A stretch of 32,000 nt of DNA, from NCBI GenBank assembly GCA_009907385.1, contig JAAATR010000117.1, positions 1-32,000 on the forward strand, written 5' to 3'. The notes under the pieces were generated by a model. It was not told the DNA's origin and ran no database searches. It saw only the letters and a list, made by a program, of their open reading frames with translations. Shown piece after piece: positions 1-9,317 of the stretch; position 1 is the first letter of the stretch, and every line of letters starts with the position of its first letter. This DNA is from Atlantibacter hermannii. GTDB taxonomy: Bacteria > Pseudomonadota > Gammaproteobacteria > Enterobacterales > Enterobacteriaceae. A program made the translations under genes and the position numbers.

Positions 1-333
1 GGTTTATCCCCGCTGGCGCGGGGAACACATACCAGCTTGACCGCTGCGCCGCTCCCTGCCCGGTTTATCCCCGCTGGCGCGGGGAACACTTAAACATTGA
101 AGCCGAGCAAAGAGGTTTTTTCGGTTTATCCCCGCTGGCGCGGGGAACACAGGCGTGCCCGTTCGGTGCCCACGAAACCGCGCGGTTTATCCCCGCTGGC
201 GCGGGGAACACTCTAACGATATTTCTATCGCAGGCAGATTACTCGGTTTATCCCCGCTGGCGCGGGGAACACTATCTCCTGTGTGCCTTGCCCATCCGTA
301 TCAGCGGTTTATCCCCGCTGGCGCGGGGAACAC
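1..333 (-). CRISPR. Type I-E CRISPR array, 6 repeats and 5 spacers visible, truncated by the left window edge
   Basis: Identical copies of CGGTTTATCCCCGCTGGCGCGGGGAACAC (29 nt) at 1-28 (first base cut off), 61-89, 122-150, 183-211, 244-272 and 305-333. Exact 61-nt period with five unique 32-nt spacers. The reverse complement GTGTTCCCCGCGCCAGCGGGGATAAACCG is the classic enterobacterial type I-E repeat. An AT-rich leader and cas2 lie at the right end, so transcription is on the minus strand and the newest spacer is 273-304. Confidence 0.98.
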
Positions 334-417
334 TCTTAATGCAGGTTACTGATTTATATAAACATTAACCACTCTTAAAATTCCACCAATTTTTTCAGAT
401 TTTTAAAGAACACTATC
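334..417 (-). promoter_or_regulatory. CRISPR leader
   Basis: 84-bp AT-rich segment between the cas2 stop (418-420) and the first repeat. The minus strand ends ...AATCAGTAACCTGCATTAAGA just before the repeat. AATCAGTAACCTG (342-354) is a weak match to the IHF consensus WATCAANNNNTTR at about the position where IHF binds E. coli I-E leaders. I could not place the promoter hexamers confidently. Confidence 0.8.
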
Positions 418-1631
<1,214 letters not shown>

Positions 1632-1634
1632 GAC

Positions 1635-2288
1635 TTACATCCTTTTTACCAATAATAATCCGCACCCCATTGCACGGCTTTTACCTAATCCACGTTTTAA
1701 TGTTTCCAAAAACAGCGAGGGATCCGTCACCTGCAGATGTCCGCTAAAATCAACGCTACTGAATGAAATCGGCTTATCACCGTTACGCCGGATAAAACGT
1801 TGCGACTGATAAGCTACAACGAGTTCTTGCTCGCCAGGAAAACAAAATCCTTTTCGTTCTCCCTGACGAATCAGCCATGCGCAAGCCGCTTCTTGCTGTT
1901 TTTGCCACCATTCCTCCGGCGCAACGCCCGCTTTTTTAGCATGGTATTTTGCATCCATCATCACATCGCTGCGAATGCCCTGTCGGGTAACTACTGGATT
2001 GGCGCGCAACGAAAAGTGAAGTAATAAACCCTCATATATTTGCGGTTCGAAAGGCTTCGTTTCTACCGTAAAGATATTGTGATGACCCAGAGGGGCGGTT
2101 TCAGAAAGCACGTAGAATAGTGCACCTGACTTTCTCGCTTCTTGTCTGAATAAAAACTGGCGCTCCGTTTGATTAGGGAACAGCTGCCATAACCATTGAT
2201 GACTGGCATAGGCTGGCGCTGTTTGCCATTTCTGTTCCATAGAGGGTACGAGCCTGTCCACATCCAATGTAATACGCGACAGAAACAT
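1635..2288 (-). CDS. cas6e: Cas6e (CasE/Cse3) pre-crRNA endoribonuclease
   Basis: 217 aa in the operon position after cas5e. Contains the motifs F.LRANP and the C-terminal G.GK....GCGLL typical of CasE. Confidence 0.93.
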   Translation of the reverse strand: MFLSRITLDVDRLVPSMEQKWQTAPAYASHQWLWQLFPNQTERQFLFRQEARKSGALFYVLSETAPLGHHNIFTVETKPFEPQIYEGLLLHFSLRANPVVTRQGIRSDVMMDAKYHAKKAGVAPEEWWQKQQEAACAWLIRQGERKGFCFPGEQELVVAYQSQRFIRRNGDKPISFSSVDFSGHLQVTDPSLFLETLKRGLGKSRAMGCGLLLVKRM

Positions 2289-3016
2289 TATTCGACGTCC
2301 TCCATAAATCCTACTCGTTGAGTGCGTGACGTAAATTGCCAGCGCTGTCGACTAAGAGGCTGGTCGCTACGTACTTGCGTTTCTACGCATTTAACGCCCT
2401 CAGCGTCCCCTTCCCAATAGCAGATTTTTTTTGCGGATATCTCTGCCAGTTGATGTGAAAAAAGAGGATCGATCGGCATCTGGCTAAAAGCAACGCCCAA
2501 CGATCCGGCCACTATTTTCGGCGCTAAAGGTAGTGCCAGAGGGCAAGATTTTCGTCCGGCATAAAGTGGAAAAACAGGAAAACGTATAGCCTCTGCGAGC
2601 GCCTCAAGGTTATAGGGGGCATCTGGCGTCGCTTTTATCGCAATATGATAATATGCGTCGCATCGGTATTCCCGGAACGAAAGCTGCGTGCCAATGTCAT
2701 CAGGAGCAAGAGTCAGCTCATCCTTACGGGTGTAATAGATTCGCTTCTTATTTTCTTTGGGCACTTCGATTGTGTGATAGTCCCGTATCCCTTGTTCGTA
2801 ATAAGATAGAGGGCGAACAGCAAAAAGATAATGCTGATTCAAACGACTTAATCGCTGTTCCTCATCGCGCTTAATACCTAATGCGGCAGCGAGTAATCCC
2901 AATAAGGCGGAACGGCTTGGGATTATCGCGCTATGGCGCATCTCCCCCACCGCCGCCTCTCCCCATGAGGCCAGCGGTGCATAGAGCTGGAAAACCAGGT
3001 ACCTGGACATAAACAC
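2288..3016 (-). CDS. cas5e: Cas5e (CasD) Cascade subunit
   Basis: 242 aa. N-terminus YLVFQLYAPLASWGE resembles E. coli CasD YLILRLAGPMQAWGQ, and YAGRKSCPLA matches CasD YLGRRSCPL. The start could instead be the Met at 3010. Confidence 0.93.
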   Translation of the reverse strand: MFMSRYLVFQLYAPLASWGEAAVGEMRHSAIIPSRSALLGLLAAALGIKRDEEQRLSRLNQHYLFAVRPLSYYEQGIRDYHTIEVPKENKKRIYYTRKDELTLAPDDIGTQLSFREYRCDAYYHIAIKATPDAPYNLEALAEAIRFPVFPLYAGRKSCPLALPLAPKIVAGSLGVAFSQMPIDPLFSHQLAEISAKKICYWEGDAEGVKCVETQVRSDQPLSRQRWQFTSRTQRVGFMEDVE

Positions 3017-3019
3017 TCC

Positions 3020-4078
3020 TTACTGGCTGATAAAATTCAGTAATTCAGGAAGCGTGCCCTTACCTGACTCCACATTGATTTCGTAACGATGTTCAGCGCA
3101 TTGACCATAAATCTGATCGAACTTATCGCATTGGTCAGTCAGTCGTTGAATTGCCATTTCCTGAAGCTCATTCCCTCGAACCGGATTAAAAAACGCAACG
3201 GCAAGTGAGCGTGGTTGTTTCGCACCTTTCTCAGCTAAGACGTAAGAAGCATAAGCGCGGGAAGCAAAACTGTTTTGTTTACCGGTTGGCGATACCGTCA
3301 ACGCCGTTTCAGTAAACGCCTTGAGAGTGCGCTGCACCAGTTCTTCATTGTTGTCGAGATTTTCCAGCAACCGATCGCGATCAATGCAGATGTAGCTGTA
3401 AAACAGCGCCGACGCGAAGCCCTGATCTCCCATATGCGCAGAGCCAGCGTCGTCTTCTTTACGATTTAAATCATCAACGGCGGTGAAAAAATCCTCCTCC
3501 ACTGTGACTGCACTAACGCCGATAGCGTGTGCCACCTGGCTTGCTGCCTCAACGTTAAATTTCGGACTGGAGGCTAACATGCGTCCGAATAATGCGATAT
3601 CCACGCCATGCGCCTGTTCACGTAACAGGTTCAGCTCTTCATCAAGCGGCGCACGTTTCTGCTCGATCAACAGATCAACCAGACGATCGACACAGCGCTG
3701 TTCCTCCGGGCTGACATGAACCAGTTGTTCAATGTCATATTTCATCTTTGGATCTTTGGCATTTTTTTCTTCTTTTTTCGGAGCGCCGAACTGTTTAGCA
3801 ATCGCTAACGCCGCAGTATCAGCAATTTTTCCAAGGCCTGCTTTTTCCATACGCTCAAACACTTCTCTTCCCAAACGGCGGGTTCGTACGCCGATGTGCC
3901 CGCTGAGCGCGTCTTCAAAAACCGCTGATGTTCGCCAGGCACGTTTCAAACTTTGTGAAGAAATACGCAGCCTTTCCACGCCGCCCATAATGGCTGTTTT
4001 GGGTCGACCGGTATCATCACGGTTAAGGTTCGCAGGCGCATACGCAGTGAGAAGGTGTAACTGGATAAAAGTTGTCAT
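3020..4078 (-). CDS. cas7e: Cas7e (CasC/Cse4) Cascade backbone subunit
   Basis: 352 aa. Contains LNRDD, RISSQSLKRAWR and FTAVDDL motifs shared with E. coli CasC. Confidence 0.95.
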   Translation of the reverse strand: MTTFIQLHLLTAYAPANLNRDDTGRPKTAIMGGVERLRISSQSLKRAWRTSAVFEDALSGHIGVRTRRLGREVFERMEKAGLGKIADTAALAIAKQFGAPKKEEKNAKDPKMKYDIEQLVHVSPEEQRCVDRLVDLLIEQKRAPLDEELNLLREQAHGVDIALFGRMLASSPKFNVEAASQVAHAIGVSAVTVEEDFFTAVDDLNRKEDDAGSAHMGDQGFASALFYSYICIDRDRLLENLDNNEELVQRTLKAFTETALTVSPTGKQNSFASRAYASYVLAEKGAKQPRSLAVAFFNPVRGNELQEMAIQRLTDQCDKFDQIYGQCAEHRYEINVESGKGTLPELLNFISQ

Positions 4079-4109
4079 TGTGAAATTCCTTTCATTAATT
4101 TTAAATCTG

Positions 4110-4706
4110 TTATTCCATCGCCAGCAGGTACTCGCTGGCCCAGCGAACGTTGTTACGATTAAACGGATTTATTTCAACGTGTTCAGATTCCTGTCGCGCT
4201 TGCCATTCACGCATCCACAAAAAAATCCCGTCAGCCAGCGAGATAATATTTACGCCCTCATCACCACGTAACTTCACCGCCCGAATCAAATGCCGACATA
4301 ATTCTTCTGGCGTCCTCGCCGCCTGCAATCGTTCAAACCGTGCGCGTGATAAACAGGGCTCACCTTTCTTTTCACCCTGCCCTAATTGCGCAGCAAAACT
4401 GTGCGAACCGCGATAAGCACGCACATGCGCAACGACCGACGCGAACATGGCCAGAGAAAAACGATCGATATCCCGCATCACCATGGACTTACTGAAGACG
4501 CTAAGCAAGGCGAAGTAGCCATCGGTTGTTAGGGCGCCATACGGCACCGTGCAACGGCGTAATTCTGCACGCCACGCCCGTCCGTTTACCCGTTGAGCGC
4601 CCTCATTGCGATAACGCTGCTGCAAACTTTCAAACCAGGTAAGTAATGCATTTTTCGCCTCCGTTGAGATGATGATGCGTTCTTTAGCCGTATCGATATC
4701 AAGCAC
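4110..4706 (-). CDS. cse2: Cse2 (CasB) small Cascade subunit, divergent variant
   Basis: 198-aa Arg-rich helical-looking protein in the canonical position between cse1 and cas7e. Its start overlaps the cse1 stop by 8 nt. It shows no obvious similarity to K-12 CasB (160 aa), so the call rests on synteny and size. Confidence 0.8.
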   Translation of the reverse strand: MLDIDTAKERIIISTEAKNALLTWFESLQQRYRNEGAQRVNGRAWRAELRRCTVPYGALTTDGYFALLSVFSKSMVMRDIDRFSLAMFASVVAHVRAYRGSHSFAAQLGQGEKKGEPCLSRARFERLQAARTPEELCRHLIRAVKLRGDEGVNIISLADGIFLWMREWQARQESEHVEINPFNRNNVRWASEYLLAME

Positions 4707-6258
4707 TGGCGGCCTCCTTCCTTTCGGTGGTTATATCCTGTAATGACTTGAGTGATTTTTGGCGAGTAAACTCTTTTGCCAATTTACGACGCGCTGTCAC
4801 AATTCGAGTAAGCTCAACGGTAAAATCCGGATTTGTGAGCGCCGAGCGATCAAACGCATCGAAGATGTAGTGTTGTAAATCCGTCATCCAGCAGCGTAAG
4901 GCCTCCCGCGCCTGCGGCTGCAGGGTATCAGGCGTTTCGGTAAGCTGTTGCCAGAGCTGACGAAAAGCGGGTTCGGTTTGCTGCCAAAATGCAAGATCGA
5001 TCGCGCTATAATTACCTTTGGCTTCACTCGGCATTTCAAACCAGGCCTCTTTAAGGGCGGTTTTTAACAGTGACAGAGAATTTATCGCTAGCTGCCCTGC
5101 AAGCTGTAAATTCCTTTCCAGATATTCTGCGTCAAGCCGGCTTAACGCAGATACCGGCAGCCGATGTTCATACCAGCAACGCGCTTTTGCGTTATCCATA
5201 TCAAAACCAAAACACCACAGCCGGGTTTTTACGCCTGAAATATTCCGAACAACGCTGGCGGGAACAGTCCGGTTGAATTTGTCTGCTGTTTTTACCACCA
5301 GTCCCAGCCAGTCTTTATAAACCAGTCCTCCGGGCTGACCTTTTAGCGGGATCCAGCTTGCTCCATCATCTTTAAGCGCCTGACGGTATGGCGATAAAGG
5401 ATGCCGCCAACCGTCATACTGAACGCCATAGTTTTTACTGAGAATTTGCGTCAGCAAAGCTGAATGAAACTCACCGCATAAGTCACAATTACCGGTCTCG
5501 GTATGCGTAAAGTCGATCTCCAGACGACGCGGCATTCCCCAATACGCCTGAAGCGGATGGGCATTTTCCGGCGTGGTGATGTTTTTCGGGCTTTCACTAC
5601 TACGAGTTTCAGCAAGCCAGGGGAATATCAACGGGTATTGTCCGCTATCAATAGACGTCTCATCAGGCAGAACATTCAGCCACAGCTTTCGCCAGAGAGG
5701 CTGGCCATCATCTTGCGGCGCCATCAGGGTCGTCATCGGCCCGCCGCCGCGCATACTGACGCGAAATCCTGCGCCCCCGGCGGGTGAATTCGTCTGGACG
5801 GTATAAAGCGCCATGGCGGTACAGTGAGGACAAAATCGCTGATAGCTAGCACGCTTGATGAAATGATCTTTATTGAGCTTTTGGGTATTTCCGCCCGGCG
5901 CGTCAATAAGCAGGCCTGCGATGGAACTGTTGTCTACCGCAAGGGTGGAGAAATCCTGTAAGAACGCTGGTTTTTCGGGGCCAAAATGAAATGCTGGCGA
6001 CAGATTTTGTAAGGACTGCTGTAAGTCAGCCTCATCAAAACCTTCGTCCCAGATATTCTCCCATGCTTCATCATCTTCGGGCGGGCAGGCTGTCTGAAGC
6101 AATCCAATCAGGAATTGATACGCCGCGCCCTGAAAATCAGCGCGCGGCCAGGCAAGATCGATAATGGTTTCATCAGCAAGTTGTAACGGCGAAATTTTTC
6201 TGCGCTTCCCTTCACGATCGATGACGGGTAGCCAGGCTTCTGATAGTAGCGAAAACAT
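4699..6258 (-). CDS. cse1: Cse1 (CasA/Cas8e) large Cascade subunit
   Basis: 519 aa, first gene after cas3. N-terminus LLSEAWLPV resembles CasA LLIDNWIPV. Cys pairs CPHC...CDLC are present as in Cas8e. A good SD (AAAGGAGATAAT) precedes the ATG. Confidence 0.9.
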   Translation of the reverse strand: MFSLLSEAWLPVIDREGKRRKISPLQLADETIIDLAWPRADFQGAAYQFLIGLLQTACPPEDDEAWENIWDEGFDEADLQQSLQNLSPAFHFGPEKPAFLQDFSTLAVDNSSIAGLLIDAPGGNTQKLNKDHFIKRASYQRFCPHCTAMALYTVQTNSPAGGAGFRVSMRGGGPMTTLMAPQDDGQPLWRKLWLNVLPDETSIDSGQYPLIFPWLAETRSSESPKNITTPENAHPLQAYWGMPRRLEIDFTHTETGNCDLCGEFHSALLTQILSKNYGVQYDGWRHPLSPYRQALKDDGASWIPLKGQPGGLVYKDWLGLVVKTADKFNRTVPASVVRNISGVKTRLWCFGFDMDNAKARCWYEHRLPVSALSRLDAEYLERNLQLAGQLAINSLSLLKTALKEAWFEMPSEAKGNYSAIDLAFWQQTEPAFRQLWQQLTETPDTLQPQAREALRCWMTDLQHYIFDAFDRSALTNPDFTVELTRIVTARRKLAKEFTRQKSLKSLQDITTERKEAASA

Positions 6259-6278
6259 ATTATCTCCTTTAATACCCC

Positions 6279-6296
6279 TTCCCTGGGGTCAGGGAA
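6279..6296. other. Hairpin TTCCCTG-GGGT-CAGGGAA in the cas3-cse1 spacer, loosely CRISPR-repeat-like
   Basis: Perfect 7-bp stem with a 4-nt loop. It has the same TTCCC...stem...GGGAAT layout as the repeat but only weak base-by-base similarity. Confidence 0.35.
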
Positions 6297-6331
6297 TTCT
6301 TAATTCATCAGTCAAAACATGGCGTTCAAAA

Positions 6332-6359
6332 CCGTTCCCGCGTCAGCGGGGATTAACTT
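6332..6359 (+). repeat. Solitary degenerate CRISPR-repeat-like sequence, inverted relative to the array, spanning the cas3 stop codon
   Basis: CCGTTCCCGCGTCAGCGGGGATTAACTT matches crRNA-sense GTGTTCCCCGCGCCAGCGGGGATAAACCG at 22 of 29 positions with one 1-nt gap. The stem is CCCGC/GCGGG. The cas3 TGA (6343-6345) lies in the loop. Confidence 0.7.
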
Positions 6360-9009
6360 CCAGACCCCATTTGACGCTGTAATATTCAGACGTTTTGTCA
6401 TCGTCCAAGAGCAGCACCTGGGCACCCGGCCGATGGATTTTTTTACGGAAGGCTTCCAGCGCCTCACCGGATAAACACCGTATCTTTTTCTCCATCTTTT
6501 TCCATTGCGTAAGACGGATCTGTAATCGGCTTTGCTCCCAGGGAAAGGAAGTATGGTTGGCATAAGGTTGCAGCTCCCCAGACGCTTCCCGCCAGGCAAG
6601 GAAAAGCTCCACGCTTTCATCGCTTAAACGGGTCGACAACTCAATATCCTTCTTCCATAAAAAATCGCTTGCCTCGCAAACATAGCCCTTTTCCGGCTTG
6701 ATAAGACTCTGCGCTGCGCCCGCGCGCTGAGTAAATATTCTCGCCCACGCCATATCCTCGCTACGTTGCAAGCCGGAGGGGGCATCTACACTATCGCCAT
6801 ATACAGTCTCAACAAGCTGTCGCGCCTCGTCAGGCATGCGAATCGCCCGATGCTCACGTAATACATACTGGGTTCGCCACAAACAAGCGTGATTTTGATA
6901 CACCGTCGCCGTGCCTCTCAACGCTTCGCCTGGCCAATTGTTATGCGGTTCCGGTTGCCACTCTGGCGCCAAAATATGCAACACTGGCGGTTTACGTTTT
7001 TGCCTTAGATGACGTTGCAACCGACCAGCTCGTTGAATCAGTAAGTCTATAGGAGCGAGATCGGTAATCATCATGTCAAAATCGATATCGAGGCTTTGCT
7101 CCACGACCTGGGTGGCGATCAAAACCTTGCCGCTGCGTTGCGCCTCAGTACTGCCTTTGCCAAACCATTCCAGTACTTTTTCTTCAATCGCCATACGATC
7201 GCAAAAAGCAAAACGGCTATGAAACAGCAACAGATTTTCAGGCGCTACCACCCCCGAATGAGCAAGCTTCTGCCAGGTTTCTATCGCCTCATCAACGGTA
7301 TTGCGGATCCAACAGATACACTGCCCATCGCTGACGGCCTCAGAAATCAACACCCGCGCTTGCTCAGGTTCGGTAAGCCACGCGACATCGACATGGCGTT
7401 TAACCTGCGCCCGCGTTTCAACATAGCTTTCATCCAGCCCTTGTGAATGAAGATGCGACAACCAGGGGTAAGCCGCTTGCAAATCAGGCGGAGTGAGCGC
7501 AAAACCCGCACCACGCTGATAAGCACTGAGCAATTTCTCACGTAGTGAAAAGGGCAGCGTCGCACTAAGAATTATCGCGCTGCCGCCAAGTGAGGCGTGG
7601 AACGTGAGTAAACCTTCCAGCAGCTTAACCATATACGCGTCATAGGCATGGACTTCATCCAGTATTAGCAACTTACGGTAAAGCCCAAGCACTCTTAGTG
7701 ATTGATGGCGAAACGGCATCGCGGCCATTAGTACTTGATCCAGCGTTCCCACCCCTGCTTCAGCTAAGAGTGCTTTCTTACGTGAATCGGCAAACCAATA
7801 ATTGCATTCACTAGTGGCGGCGGCTTCATCCCGCATATAACTATTCTGACCCTGATTAACAGCGTGCCAGACCGACTCACTAAACGCGGCAGACATCTCA
7901 CGCGCGCCGTGCGCTAATACCAGGGACGGGCGATTCCCTGGCTGAAATAACGCCCGGTAAGCGTATCCCATTCTCTGAAACATGGCATTGGCCGTAGCCA
8001 TAGTCGGCAAACCAATGTAGACGCTGTCCGCCTTGTTCACAGCCATCATGCGATGCGCAAGAATTAGCGCCGCCTCCGTTTTACCGGCGCCGGTCACATC
8101 TTCCAGCACAATCAACTGTGGGCCAGGTTGACTTATATCTAGCGCTATTGCTTTTTGTTGCAGCGGCGTGGGGCAATCAATGAAAGGGAATAGCGTATGA
8201 AAATGTGAATATTCAGCGACGTGTGAAGTTGGAGGGAGACGTAAGACAGCGTCATGCGCGTTGGCTAATGTCTTCTGCCAATAGGTATTGATATCCTGCG
8301 GCGCTGAAACATAAGGAAAAACCAGTTGGTTTGACCCCAACCAGTCCGCCAGTACCGTTAAGCCCGCTATAAGCCAACTTTGCGTTTTAAATTGAGTAAT
8401 CCATTGCTTATCCATAAAACAGGAGGGTAAAGATTCGATACTGAAAAGGTGCCGTAATTCTTCCACCCACTGCTCAGCGGCAAACATATCTTCAGGCACA
8501 AAAGCCAATAAACCATCCGCCTTCGGATCAGGTGGTTCACCGTGATGCCCGGTCATTATCTTCAACCAGAGGTTCAATGATGCTTTATATTTCTTGCTAT
8601 TGACCGTTTCAGGAAGAAATGGCGCCTCATCCTCTGTCCAGCGATGCCAAAAAAAATCCTGCCATAACCAATAGCCCAACGTATCGTGCCGCTCAATATA
8701 AGTTCTTCCGCTAATAGCCGGAACTAAATCGGGGCAATGATGCGTATAAAGGCTCTGAAAACCTCGCGCAAATTTCCCGATATCATGCCAACCCAGGAAA
8801 TAAGCAAACCAACGCGCCGCCTCGTCGCGATTAAAACCAAGTTGACGAAAGATATCTGCTGAATGAAAACGATTCTGCATAACCATCTGATAGCCGCAGG
8901 CCGCGACATCGAGGGCATGAAAAACCAGTAAATGGCATTTATCGCCGTGCATCTCAGGTTGGTTATGCGCTTTACCCCAATAATGAAAATATTTTTTTAT
9001 TGTAGACAT
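6343..9009 (-). CDS. cas3: Cas3 HD nuclease / SF2 helicase (type I-E)
   Basis: 888 aa. The HD region has ALDVAA and GWHDIGKF. Helicase motif I is VTGAGKTEAAL and motif II is ILDEVHAYD. Same length as E. coli Cas3. Confidence 0.97.
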   Translation of the reverse strand: MSTIKKYFHYWGKAHNQPEMHGDKCHLLVFHALDVAACGYQMVMQNRFHSADIFRQLGFNRDEAARWFAYFLGWHDIGKFARGFQSLYTHHCPDLVPAISGRTYIERHDTLGYWLWQDFFWHRWTEDEAPFLPETVNSKKYKASLNLWLKIMTGHHGEPPDPKADGLLAFVPEDMFAAEQWVEELRHLFSIESLPSCFMDKQWITQFKTQSWLIAGLTVLADWLGSNQLVFPYVSAPQDINTYWQKTLANAHDAVLRLPPTSHVAEYSHFHTLFPFIDCPTPLQQKAIALDISQPGPQLIVLEDVTGAGKTEAALILAHRMMAVNKADSVYIGLPTMATANAMFQRMGYAYRALFQPGNRPSLVLAHGAREMSAAFSESVWHAVNQGQNSYMRDEAAATSECNYWFADSRKKALLAEAGVGTLDQVLMAAMPFRHQSLRVLGLYRKLLILDEVHAYDAYMVKLLEGLLTFHASLGGSAIILSATLPFSLREKLLSAYQRGAGFALTPPDLQAAYPWLSHLHSQGLDESYVETRAQVKRHVDVAWLTEPEQARVLISEAVSDGQCICWIRNTVDEAIETWQKLAHSGVVAPENLLLFHSRFAFCDRMAIEEKVLEWFGKGSTEAQRSGKVLIATQVVEQSLDIDFDMMITDLAPIDLLIQRAGRLQRHLRQKRKPPVLHILAPEWQPEPHNNWPGEALRGTATVYQNHACLWRTQYVLREHRAIRMPDEARQLVETVYGDSVDAPSGLQRSEDMAWARIFTQRAGAAQSLIKPEKGYVCEASDFLWKKDIELSTRLSDESVELFLAWREASGELQPYANHTSFPWEQSRLQIRLTQWKKMEKKIRCLSGEALEAFRKKIHRPGAQVLLLDDDKTSEYYSVKWGLEVNPR

Positions 9010-9232
9010 GCCCGTACCCGCTCACGATGTGGGGTGAATTAATTTCTCTCTGATTTGAAAGTGAATTTTTGATAAGTATCAAACAAATATAATTTAAAAA
9101 GTAAATCATGAAAGCTCTTTTTTTACCTCTCATTGTACGTCACTGATATCGAAATTTACCGTTATATAAATCTTAGAGAATAACTATATATTCCTGAAAA
9201 CCCATTCTTTGTTAATAAGCGTCAATCACACC

Positions 9233-9263
9233 TTGACCTTCCCCTTGATGGAAGGTTTACCCT
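9233..9263 (+). promoter_or_regulatory. CueR (MerR-family) dependent copA promoter with 19-bp spacer
   Basis: TTGACC (9233-9238), a 19-bp spacer, then TACCCT (9258-9263). The spacer contains the dyad ACCTTCC-N7-GGAAGGT (9236-9256). This nearly matches the E. coli PcopA sequence TTGACCTTCCCCTTGCTGGAAGGTTTAACCT. Confidence 0.9.
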
Positions 9264-9317
9264 TCTATAACGTCACCAAAGCCAATCAGCTTTGGCTCAC
9301 CGAGAAGGAGTTTCACC

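Noticed and set aside
155-352. 65-aa ORF on the + strand inside the CRISPR array
   Set aside because: It is translated straight through four identical repeats, giving a repeated RWRGEH-like peptide. This is an artefact of the array.
3732-4271. 179-aa + strand ORF spanning the cas7e-cse2 junction in antisense
   Set aside because: It lies wholly inside two cas genes and has no RBS or recognisable motif. The product is Ser/Phe/Arg-rich and looks like a chance open frame. I considered an anti-sense encoded regulator but found no supporting signal.
6206-6230. A third TTCCC...GGGTA imperfect hairpin inside the cse1 5' coding region, as a possible further repeat-like unit
   Set aside because: The stem is imperfect, the loop is longer and the spacing from the other two units is irregular. 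It lies in coding sequence, and its similarity to the repeat is no better than chance by eye.
6312-6620. 102-aa minus-strand ORF overlapping the cas3 3' end in another frame
   Set aside because: It is nested within cas3 on the same strand and highly basic, with no start context. Cas3 continues to a full-length 888 aa in its own frame.
9108-9146. 12-codon mini-ORF (MKALFLPLIVRH) in the cas3-copA spacer
   Set aside because: It is too short, has no SD and lies in an AT-rich region where ATG...stop pairs arise by chance.
9010-9317. A target for the 28-nt spacer-like segment (6304-6331) in the cas3 promoter region. The best candidate is on the minus strand: TTCATGATTTAC versus TTCATCAGTCAA.
   Set aside because: Only positions 1-5, 7, 9 and 11 match, position 8 of the seed is mismatched, and the preceding trinucleotide (GCT) is not a type I-E PAM. 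A proper genome-wide search is still needed.
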